The position numbers and the translations under genes are program-made. A DNA stretch of 64,000 nt from Magallana gigas (lineage: Eukaryota), in NCBI RefSeq assembly GCF_963853765.1, contig NC_088853.1, positions 40,362,001 through 40,426,000 of the forward strand. The letters run 5' to 3'. The notes below the pieces were generated by a model that saw only the letters and a program-made list of their open reading frames with translations, was not told the origin of the DNA and did no database searches. Each line of letters opens with the position of its first letter. Positions within the stretch are counted from its first letter, which is position 1. This document shows, piece by piece, positions 21,107 through 32,640 of this stretch.

Positions 21107-24100
21107 ATGCCACCTTGTCCAAAACATTTGCTTATCCTGTTTGACTGGGATGGCTGTACTGCAATCATTGAAAGTTCCAGAGTCCAATGTTCAAGGAAGA
21201 AAGTTCTTTCAAAGTCCAGCAGGGGAACTCTTTCATATGAAGGACGACTTCACAAAGTAGAAATTCTAGAACTTTCAGGTAACGACCAAATGATATTTTT
21301 TTTACTTCTTAAGGTCAGACGACACGTTGATCAATTTTATATATTAACTTTTTCCAGGAATTTGTTAATGGTTTACTGGTACTCTGACAAGCTTTCTTGC
21401 AAAAAATTAGGATACCCTACCAGGCATTTTTGCAAAATACTAGAGATTGCAATTTCCTATGTAATCTTGTAAATAAACTTGAATTGCTGATCTAAAAATA
21501 AATAAATACAGCACAATGAATATGACTATATTGGGCCGGGCTTCGAACTCAAAACCTCTAGAGCCTCGCTCCTGGAAGAGAGCGGCCACGGCTCTAACCA
21601 CTCGGCCATCTAGGCATATATCCGTATACAAGTAAATTTTAATCATTTTAAAAATCATCATAAAAATAATAATTTTTATTGGAACTCTTTATTATGAGGA
21701 GATACAAAAAAAATGCTCAAGAAATGTGTCGTCTGACCTTAATTCTTATTTCATAACAAAATAATTTGTAATTTATAATTTCATGAATACTACACTAATG
21801 TGTCAAAAGTATGTCAACTTTTTTTTTCTCTATATATTTCATTGAAAACAAGACTAATATTTAAAAGGGTTTTTTTGTTATTTTTCGTCAGGTTTGAAGA
21901 AATTTATGTTGATTAAAGGAGATTCAATTTGCACTTTTTGACAAACATTGAAATGGTTTTTAAACAACTCATTTGTAAAATTTTGATGTTTCAAACACAA
22001 CATGAAGATATTTTTTATGTGCTCTGCTAAATATCTTTTGTAAAATGGGAGCCCAAAAATCTTACGTTGGATTGTGAAAATCATATCACAAGAACTGAAA
22101 GACATTGACATACTTTTGGCACCTGTATCTACTCTCAAACAAAACATTACTGTTCATTCAATTCTAATAAGTTATAAGTCAATACCTCGAAAGAAGGGAG
22201 GGCATATTGCTTTGCTGCTGTCTGCCTGTCGGTTAGTTGGTTGCTCGGTCCACTATAGTTTCAGTTCATTTTCTTCACAGAGGTTTGCACATATTGTAAT
22301 GAAATTTGGTATACTGATAAATCGTGTCAATATCTAGGTCAAATTCAATTTTGGGTACAATCTATCAATTTTAGACAGAGTTATGCCCCTTGGACTCAGA
22401 AAAATTCTATTTATTTACAGTTTACGTTCATTTTTTCGTGGATGTTTCCATAGGAGGGGGCATAAGTGTTCCACAAACATCTCTTGTTAATGAATTGGTT
22501 CATGTCTAGGAGCAATGTTGCATGACCCGATTATCTCTAAAATAATGTGAATACATTTTTATAACAGATGGATAGTTATTTGATTTCAGAGTTATGATAC
22601 ATGTACATGTACTTGACTTTCATTTGTAGACTCGAAAGAAGAACTTGAGGACTATGATACTGAATGGGAACAGACACACCGTGCACTTGCCATATCCAGT
22701 GAGAGGGAGAAACGGCAGAATTCAAAAGGGAGAAGGAAGATGGGTGGATATTTAGACATTTGGAATGATCCAGAGAGTATCACATCTGATAATGATGAAG
22801 CTGCAGAAGATATTCCTAGTACATCCCAATCCCAGGTAGCTATGATTAAACTTTAAAACTATTAAACTATAACTTATTTTAAACATGTATGTATTTTGCC
22901 ATAATTATTTATGGGTATTAATTAAAATGTTTATGTTTTTTCTGTATCAATGACAATCACCCAACTCTTCCCTCCTGTTTATATGTTTATTGTATAATCT
23001 TTTTATTGCCCCTTGAGGGCCCTTAATTGACCAATAAAGAAGTTGAAATTTAAACAAAATTTTTACACTTTCAAGGTTTATCACCACTTTGAAGACAATT
23101 AGTTGCCCGGGGGGGGGGGGGGGGGGGGAGGGGGGGGGGTTAAAAATGTCTTACCCATCAGTTTATTGGTCTTTCGGGCACAAATAAAATTATAGTTTGC
23201 TTGCCCTCTAGACTTTGTCTGAACTCAAACATTATGACAGTTATAACATAAATGAAGTAAATTATTTTTAGCATTACTCCTTTTGATGATATTTTGACTT
23301 TTAATTGTGTGTCCAAGAAAACCCAAATAGCAATAATTTTGATCTTTCTATTTTAAGTTAAATTACCATAACAAAGGAAAAGAAACATTGTTTTTTGTAC
23401 AGATGGCTCTGAATGGGCCATTCATATAACAAAAGAGTGACTATTAATTAAGCAATGTTGTGCATGTACATGCACAAAATTTATGCCCTAGAATTTATTT
23501 TGAGAATCATAAAATGGTATAAATTTAACACCGTCTTTATTGTATTACAGCAGCAACAATCACAGCAAGAGGATACACCAGTCAGCTCAAGATCTTTTAA
23601 AGAGGTATGTTTTTTTTAACAATGCAGTGTAAAAGAATTATAGTTAATTTGGCCAAATATCTGCCCCCAATCTTAAGAAATTTTCAAATACTAAATAGTA
23701 CCCAAATCAGATCTTCGTAAAACCATTAACAGATGTTGTCTATTGCATTATTCTTAATATTAGTCATTAAAGTCAACAGCCCAATAGATGTTTATCAATG
23801 ATATCACTAAAATAGGTTAATTCCCACAATTATTCAAACAAATGAATATATTGTCAATTTTCCATCATATTTTGCCTTTGGAAGTATATCTTTGCTGGAC
23901 TTTAATATCAGGGGTGAAAAATTGTAATCTGTCCTTTTGTGTGGAGTAATATATATATGTATCTTAACGTAACCTGTCATATTAAAGTAAAACCTTCTTT
24001 TTCAGGGATCCAAAGGCCGCAAGATTACAGTTTTGTTTGAAGGACTGGCTGACACAACAAATTCAGATATTTCACCAAAACGTTCTCCAATGTATTTGGA

Positions 24101-25151
24101 TGATCTGACAACAGATGAACAAGAAATCGTCGTTCAACAAGTTCTGTACTACGAGCAAGGGAAAACAACATCTTCTTCCCAAACAGATAAGGTTATAGTG
24201 ATTCAGGATGAGAAAGAAATTTTGGAGCTGATTACAGACAGCAAAGTAAAGAAAACATCTTCCACCCAAACAACATTGGTATCAACAAAAGTGACAGCCA
24301 CGCAGACAGCCACACAGACTGCCACACCGCCCATACAAAAGCCTGGCCCGACATTTGCAGATGCCGCTGTGCAGACTTGTCTTTCTACACCCCAAGAAGA
24401 TTACGCCCGCAGGATGGAACGCAAAATTGATGAAATTCTATCCATTGTGAAAAAGAACGACCGCCGTGATCAGTCTCTTAGTGTGAGTGAGGTGTACCAG
24501 TGGGCAATGGCCAATGTACCGAATGGGAGCACTATCCAGTCAACTCCAACTATATCCATCTACAGAGAGGAAGATAACATGGAAAACACTGCTACGCCTA
24601 TTGAAACAACTCCAAGGACTATGAGCATTCCATCTGTTGTAACCGAGTTGTCACCAATCACCAACTCGGAGAACATTCAGAGGGAAAGTGTTAACAGCCC
24701 CGACACAGATGCTGCAAATTCTAATGTGACTGTGCCCAAAAAAACCCTGTGTGATCGTGAACCACTGAAAGAGTTGGTGCCAAACAAGAAGAGAAGACGA
24801 ATCCTGGTTCCTAACTGTAAGAAAGACTACACTGTGAAAGAAATCTCCTGTCCAGAGGATGTTGAGGCCGGGCAGTATGAATTCAAGATGCGAAGAGAAC
24901 AACTTGAGAAGCTGCATGGATCCTCCTGTTCAGAGGGGAACTTTTTGTGGAATGTTGTTAAAACGGTGTATTCTGACCATGAACTCGTTGGAAATAACTT
25001 TTTTGGAAGAAAGAACAGACCCGCTCTATCCCCTCGCCGTGTGCATCTTATTGAACATTGTTATTTGGACTTCTGTGGTGACAACATGGACGAGTTCACA
25101 AAGGCTGTGAATGTGATCAACAGTGGAATCAGAGCAATTTCCAGGAAGTGA
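21107..25151 (+). CDS. Spliced BEN-domain protein gene (~525 aa)
   Basis: Exons 21107-21278, 22630-22835, 23551-23604 and 24006-25151 have GT-AG borders and join in frame (…ILELS/DSKEELED…SQSQ/QQQSQQ…FKE/GSKGRK…). C-terminal BEN-like motif: FLWNVVKTVYSDHELVGNNFFG…PALSPRRVHLI…AVNVINSGIR. Confidence 0.8.
21313..21738. mobile_element. MITE with TTAA TSD (Kolobok-type) in the BEN gene intron, carrying a tRNA-like segment
   Basis: TTAA-GGTCAGACGACAC ... GTGTCGTCTGACC-TTAA (perfect 13-bp TIR). On the minus strand, 21533-21612 reads TGGCCGAGTGGTTAGAGC…GAGTTCGAAGCCC. Confidence 0.9.
22181..22488 (+). mobile_element. Non-autonomous Helentron-associated (HINE/pearl-like) element
   Basis: 5' GAAAGAAGGGAGGGCATATTG, a degenerate CTGTC/GTCGG microsatellite, a core with ATGAAATTTGGT…TAGGTCAAATTC…GAGTTATGCCCCTTG, and 3' GGAGGGGGCATAAGTG…CTCTTGTT. 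Confidence 0.7.
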
Positions 25152-26301
25152 CAAAGTACAATTGAATTTGGAGTATTAGCATCGATTTGAGCTACATAGT
25201 TAATGCAAAACCTTCTGCAATATGTATAGATAAATGATTACTTTAACCTGTACAACATTGCAAATTCAACTGTTGTTCATGTATATTTCAATTAAAACAA
25301 TCTGTCATTCTGTGAAAAATTACTACATAGTTACATTATAAAACATGTACCTCATGTATGTATTGTGTAGTAAATGATCGGTGCATTATCATTGTAATGC
25401 TCTTTTCTGTATGTATTTATATATACATGTTGTATATTTCATGTGTCATGAATGGGTTTTTTTTATTTAATAATTTATTGCACTTTAGTTCTACATATAT
25501 TTATCAACACTTAGCAAAGATCAACACGAATGATGTTTTGTGAGATGATCAGAGATACTAGTATGTATTATTGCATATTGTTACATTCACTTCGAAACTT
25601 AATAAATTCCTTTGAACATCTTTCCTGGGTTTTATTTCATCAGGATAATAGAACACTTGTCAGAGTGAGAAACAGAGCTCACATTTCTTTCTTTTGTAAA
25701 CAAAGCTCAGGTCATGTGTTCGTTTTAAATCAAATGTTAGTAACTATTTCTGTCCAAAACCAATCAGTAGATAGAAAAATCAGCTTGATAAAGAAGTTAT
25801 ATGGTATATTGAAGTGATGTAAACAAAAAATGGCACACGCCTTGTTTACATTAATACAAAGAATTGCGAGCTCTGTGTCTTGCTTGTAACTCTACAATTG
25901 ACGCTCAAATTTTGGTTGATCATTTAAAATGTCTTTATTGTGATTATGCCCCTTATTCGATACTTCCTTGAATTTATTGTTGAAATGCAAACAAAATGCA
26001 TGATTTAAATATTTTGTCAGTATTAACTCTTAGAAGGTGACAATAGAGTAGACTCACTTCTCAGAAAATAAAACACAGTTGGGATTTTCAAAATTCATTT
26101 ATCGACATATATTCAATATGTATAGTGTCATATACCAGTAATCTTAAACATTTTGCAAAGCATGAAATTACACTGGAAATGGCAAGTTCAGTTTCACATA
26201 AATCAACACATAAACATCAGGTAAATGTATGGCATTTTTTACAATGAACATCAAACAAAACCAAATCAGAGTTTCACTGATAGAGTTCATTGGCACACAA
26301 A

Positions 26302-27831
26302 TCAAAATCCAGAAGCGTCACCCTTGTTGAGAACAATGTAGGGAATCACTCGATGAATGTGGTCGATATATCTGCCACACTGTGCAGCTGTTAGAGATGC
26401 CCAAAAAGCCTTGATGCCTCCCACTAGCTCGTCTCTTGTCCTTGGCTTGTGAACGTTGGAAAGATACTGCTTCATGGAAGCCCAGACATTCTCGATTGGG
26501 TTCAAATCTGGTGATGAGGCAGGGGTCTTCATGATATGGTCCAGAATACCATTATCTTCCATCCAAGATTTGGTCGATTTGGAAGTGTGTTTGCTATCGT
26601 TGTCCTATGAATAGAGAAATGTAAATTCAATTGTTTGATAAATTATACAAGTGGTTTAGTAATTGATTTTTGAATAACAAAATTTAAATGCGCTTAAAAT
26701 GAAATTACCTGGTAGAGGCGATATCCATTTGGAAAGTTTTCTGATGTGAAGGTGACGAAATTGTCCCTCAGAATCTTCTGGTAGATCTCTGAATCCATTA
26801 TCCCGGTAAAGATGCAAATGCTTGTTTTGCCTTTGTAGGAGATACCAGCCCATACATTAACCTAATGGGTGAATAAAAATACTTTAAGAAAACAAATCGC
26901 ACCTCATGATGTATATCACTTCTGACTTTAATTTCCTTTATTTTTATTCAGTCTCATAATATCAATAATTTTTATTTAGATTGTAATAACATTATTCAAA
27001 AATGAAAATTAACAGTCTTCATAGTTTCCTTAAATGAACATACTGCATAAATTTTGATTAGATTTATGTGTACCTTGTATGAATGCTTTGGCCTGGGAAT
27101 TCTATTGCATTTCTTCTCAAAGTCAGATGACTTTTGGTGGAAAGCGATTATACCATTGGCACACATCTCCACACAGCTCTCGTCAACAAAGATTACATCC
27201 CTGAACCTCTCTCTGGTTTGTAGTACATCAAGGCACCATTGCATGCGAACCTAAGAAATATAAGGTTGGTACTTATTTACTGTACATTATATAAAATCGG
27301 ATACATATAAATACAACAAGTATAATAAGAGTTATGGTAGAGCATTATTGTGATATTATTTTCCGATCTAACATGGGAAAACAGGCTTAATGAAAAACAT
27401 ACCGTCTTATTCTTTCTGCTTATCATCTGGCAGGTTTTGTTGCTCGTCTGCGATTTCCATCCAAGAACACTGTGCCTTCTCGTTGAAATAAGGCAGGTTG
27501 ATACTTTCAAGCCAAATGTCTCAAACAATCGCTTCTGCAACTCCGACGCCTTAAGTTCATTATTTTTGTCCATCCACAAATCAATGAATTTCAGATGTAA
27601 TTCTTTCAGTTTCACACTGGCGGGATTCACGGTCCTTCGTCGTCTGGTCAAGATTCCACAAGATTTGTGTCTCTTAAGAAAACTGTAGATAGTTGTTCGT
27701 GAAAATTTCACAGAGTCCTCCTTCTGTAGACGATCTTTAATAGCCAGCACCGAAAAATTTCTTTCGTACAAGTCCAGAATTTTCAATTTTAAACGCACAG
27801 TCAATCTACCTCCTTTACACATTTCCGCCAT
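26302..27831 (-). CDS. Intact Tc1/IS630-superfamily transposase with three phase-0 introns, DD36E (353 aa)
   Basis: Exons 27831-27403, 27250-27074, 26861-26709 and 26604-26302, all GT-AG, join without stops. N-terminal HTH region; catalytic VIFVDES, YQ/DNDSKH and SPDLNPIENVW, with 36 residues between the second D and the E. Confidence 0.9.
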
Positions 27832-27888
27832 TTTGGTTCTCTCGGGTCAACATTCCGAAAAAAAGTAACAAAACGAAAAAAATCAAAC

Positions 27889-28000
27889 GAACACGCACGA
27901 TCACGCACGATTAAAAACGCAAATTAACGATTCTGATACACGCACTAACACCCACGGTACACGAACGATCACGCACGGTACACGAACGATCACGCACGAT
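27889..28000. repeat. CACG-rich short direct repeats upstream of the Tc1-like gene
   Basis: CACGGTACACGAACGATCACG twice in tandem (27953-27994), plus partial copies at 27889-27910. Confidence 0.8.
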
Positions 28001-28399
28001 AAGCTTGTCAACAATAACGTTGTTACCACTGTTACCCAATTAGAACTAGCTTCTTTTTCCAATCACTGCAAATTACTTCTTATACAATGTAGAGTTATTC
28101 GAAAAATTCAAACTAGCCTGAGATGCTGCATATGTATTGGGAAACATGTTTATGTCAAGTTATTAGTTTTGGATCACAAATGAGACATAAAAAAAGTCTG
28201 ACCAAAGTTAAATCTTTCCGTTAGATATTGCTGCATTTTGACAAGACTAAATAAAATAGTATAAAAATTCTCATAGTTCATATTATGCTGATATCCATAA
28301 CCCTGTCACATGTAGTAGCTATGTCATCAAAGATGTACGAGGCAAAGCTTGAGTTATTCAACAAGGTGTCCAAATACGAACCGTTAGAAAACAAACATA

Positions 28400-29769
28400 C
28401 TGCAGGCATGTTCACGAAACTTTCCTACGACATGACCTAAGAGTGTTCCTTAGATAAAACTGAGGAGAACAGTTAGGAACATCCTAAGATCAACTTAGAA
28501 CACGTCTTAAGATGTAGCTCGACGGTAACTTAGGAACATCTTAAGTTAGGATATCCTCACCTTCTACAACTATTCTTATTATTCATATTTATTCATACAG
28601 ATCGATTTTGAGATACTTTAGTGGTGATAAATCATTAAATAGTTCGCCAGAGAAAAGCGTACGTATCGGTAGTTTACACAATATGCCTAAACCAAGTAAT
28701 TTTAATATATTCATTTTTTTTAAAATTACAAATACTTAAAAATATATTAGTGTCCAGTAACAATTTAGTTTAAAAAAAACAAAAACAAACAAACAAACAC
28801 AAAACAAAAAACAGCACAAAAAGAAAAAGGCCCCCTCCCCCCGAAATCTAAATGACTGGGTTTTTTTTTTAAAGGAAATATGTATCAGGACATAATTGGC
28901 TTACAAAGCAAATAATTATTTAAACAACACGTTTGCATTCTTTGAGTGTAAATTAACATTTGATAATCTTGTCATTCAAGTACATGTAATACATAAACAC
29001 GCGTATGTCTTACAATTCATCGTTACATGTAGAATAAACACGCGTACAAACCCAACCATTTTCCTTTTATCTGCAAAATATAGAATACACGAACATATAA
29101 AATAAGTAATAAGTCATAATCTATCTCGAAAATACATAAATACAGTATACTGGTATTTAACATTACGATTTTTTTCAAGATTATCTTTTCTTAGCTTGAA
29201 GTGATAAAAATTAGCCAATGTAAATTTACTTTATAGCCAAGGATATTTGGATTTACAAACGAATTAAAACTAAAAATGTATCTCACGTTGTGTACAATGT
29301 AGATATTAAAAATAAATTTTCATTCGCCAAACAGAGACTGTATTTGCGTTAAAAAATTGCTTAAAGGCAGGCATGTGGCAACGGGGAAGGGGGGAGGTGA
29401 GAGTTTTGGATCTCTCTCCACATAATTTTGTTAAAATGAACATAAATGATAGAATAAATGACTATACCCCCACCCTCCCGGATTGGGAGTTTGAGGTTTG
29501 TCGGAAATGCGGGAACTGTAGAAAAGATTGCTTTGTTCTACCGGTCTTAAGAAAAATCTTTACAACAGTCCCAATATTCCAAAAAGAGTGATTTTAAAGA
29601 ATTAGGACGGTCTTAAGACAGGGTAGGTGAAGTCTTAAAGTAAGGACAAAGTTATGGCGGTTCCTAAATTAAGGAGAGCTTCGAAAAACAGACTTAAGAC
29701 TACGCCTTATCCTAAGATGTACTTAGGACACACTGTAGTCCTAAGATAGCTTCGCAAACACGCCTGCAG
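28400..29769. mobile_element. Non-autonomous DNA transposon (~1.37 kb, PIF/Harbinger-like) with CTTAAG/CCTAAG-rich subterminal regions
   Basis: Imperfect ~32-bp TIRs CTGCAGGCATGTTCACGAAACTTTCCTACGAC and GTCCTAAGATAGCTTCGCAAACACGCCTGCAG. The TSD is ambiguous because the CTGCAG flank is palindromic. Confidence 0.65.
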
Positions 29770-30802
29770 GTTTCTTCTGGGATGCATCATTCTGTGTCAT
29801 ATTGGCTACAATTCTTTCAACTGTTAGTCACATATAGACACGTGTCTTTTATACATGTATAGATCATGCAATCCCACGCATATGACAGTCTCCGATCTGG
29901 GTGACTTTTTTCAACGACTCTTCCCTTGAGTCAATTGGTGAGTATGTGTAGTTACATTATTTATAGAAAATTGCAAAGAAAAAAAAAACAAAAAAACATT
30001 TATCTAATACTATTGTCCGAACATTAGATTATTCAAGCAGCGGGAGACAATAAAAACCTCGAAAATCAACTTTTGAAGGGGGACTAACTGTACTACTCTG
30101 ATTTATTGAACTACAGAAAAACTAACAAGGAGTGTAACCGTATGCCGAACAGACGAATATATTATTTATCTAGGCGCCATTGAGTTTAGAAAGCCATGTA
30201 AGAAATGTGCACTTGGGTGTAATAAAGAATTGTCAACATTTAAATACGTTTCATATTGAATGCGCATTATTTTGATAACAATTAAATGTATATGTTATAT
30301 ATGGGAGTAGCTGTGTTCAGATCATAAATATTTCCTATTTCCATTTCCTTATAGATTAAAAAGACGATAGCACCACAATGTTTAAGCCAAAATAAAAAAA
30401 ATGTCAAATTATTCATGAAATATTTGAAATTAAAAAAAAATCAAAGAGTGATTATTGCTTTTCACTGTCTTTTTACAACTACATTAAGCAAATTCCGTGT
30501 GAACTAACAATGTCACTCAGTTATGCTTTTTAATGCTTGTAAGTACCTTTGAATTATTTATGAACTTTCCAACAAGTTATGCGTTGATTACCTATTAATA
30601 TATGTTTATCTAATGCTATGTAAACGGCATTCTTTATTTCAACATCCATTTATGTTGTCAATAAAAAAGAAGAACAGAACTTTTTTTCATTCACAATTCA
30701 ATTACCATAGCTGGTAGGAAAGTGAGTTCAACAAGTTTTAAAATTATAATATAAGTTTAGCCATTGTGACATAAGGACATATTCTCCTATATATTACGAA
30801 AA

Positions 30803-32552
30803 ATGAAAATCCGGGCATTTGATATGTTAAGACTGGTGTTGCTTTTTACATTGTCCTCAGCGGTTCTGGTATATCAATTTTATGAAGTCATTCCAGTGTT
30901 TGAAAGCAAAATGTGTGTTTTTGAACCAAAAGAAAACAAGCACACAGACTCTCTTGTAAGATGTGCCATGCTCTGTAGTTTCGGATGTAGGACTTTTAAC
31001 TTTAACCATAATTCAGGATTGTGCCTCACCTATAATACATGCCATACCTTGAATATGACAGTCACTGAAATGGGACGGCAATTGAACAATAGCCTTTCGT
31101 ATTATAGTAAGTAGCTGTTTTAATTGTTGTAAATAAGAAAACAATTCTTGTTTATAGTGGATATCTATATTGTGTGATTTTATATTTGCTTTATCAAACG
31201 AGTTGAAATGGTGTATATTATATTCGCGAAGCCTGCCCAGCAAATATAACCATTTCAATGAGTTGGATAAAACAAATATAAAATCACATAATTATAAATG
31301 TTCTATTTATCTAATACAATTTGATTTATATTATAAAGCTTTTTTAAACAGTCACTTATATGACCTGAATTGATTTTTTTCGAAGATAAAAAAAGCGATG
31401 ATGCAACTTTATGTTTCTGTGACTGTGACAAGTTTCCGTGACCTTGTGCAATACAATTTAGTACGTCATTTCTGAGATAAATCAAACTGTTTTAATGTAA
31501 AGTTTCACTGAAATAAACCTTGAAATAATTTTTTAGCTCTAAATAATTTTTCGAAAAGCTAATTCACTTGATTAAATGGAAATACTGATCAGAAGACTTG
31601 AATGATATACACAAAATTGCGAATGGTTGTTTGTTTGAATTGACTCGAACGCGGAACGGTTGTTGATGTTTTATAAGACAAACACGAGCCTATTGATTTA
31701 AATTGAAAATAGTGAATAAAGATGCCTACTGGTGGTAGAAAAAATAGTCGTATGAAACATTATTTTGGTAAGTTCATGTGTATAAACACAAGGATAACGC
31801 TCTGTTTTCATGGTGTCGTCAGGATGAACTTCTTGACAGTTAACGTAATTTGCAGTTTTATAAACTACACAAATCAAGTTGGAAGGGGGCTTAAGTAATC
31901 AAAAATCTTGAGACAAACAAGACGCGTATGCTACGCAGCTATGTGTTTTCCTTCATTCTTTGACAAAATCCATTTTATATCAATTTTTGCAGTACATATA
32001 GTATTGTGTTGCCTCGGACTAGAATGTATCGACGTCATTGGATGAATCGTGTCACGTGATTGCCTTATAAATCCCTTTACACGGCAAGCGTCAAAATTTA
32101 TATGGCAACATGGCGGATGTAATGTTATTTGAGCTGAATTTTTACACAAACGTTCAATCATACCTTGAATTTTTGAGCCCCAAAATATTTTAGAGTGATA
32201 TCCCTTTGCCCGTGACGTAATAAAACGATTCTATATACAATAGCATTCAGACGACTGACGAGAAAGGTACAAAATGAGAGAATAAGCCTATGAATTTAAT
32301 TCTTATATATTATCTGTTGTTGTTAACATATCAAACTTTAGGTCCTCGACAAAACAAAACACTTATTAGGTTTGTTGTAAACAGTCAGTAACAAACCTAA
32401 TAAGTAATAATGTTAAAAGTACTAGCAAATTATAGAAAATAGGTCGCTGAAGCGAGGGGCTGTGTCAAAATTAGTTCGAACCGCCGGAAGTATTTGATAA
32501 AGCACGACCCGTATGAGATAGCAAAGGTTTAGCACACGGAAAATATACATAT

Positions 32553-32640
<88 letters not shown>

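Noticed and set aside
25560-26030. Probable MITE between the BEN and Tc1 genes (also fragments near 31930-32230, 43780-44010 and 63090-64000)
   Set aside because: They look repeat-derived, but I could not fix termini or TSDs, so they are not listed as features.
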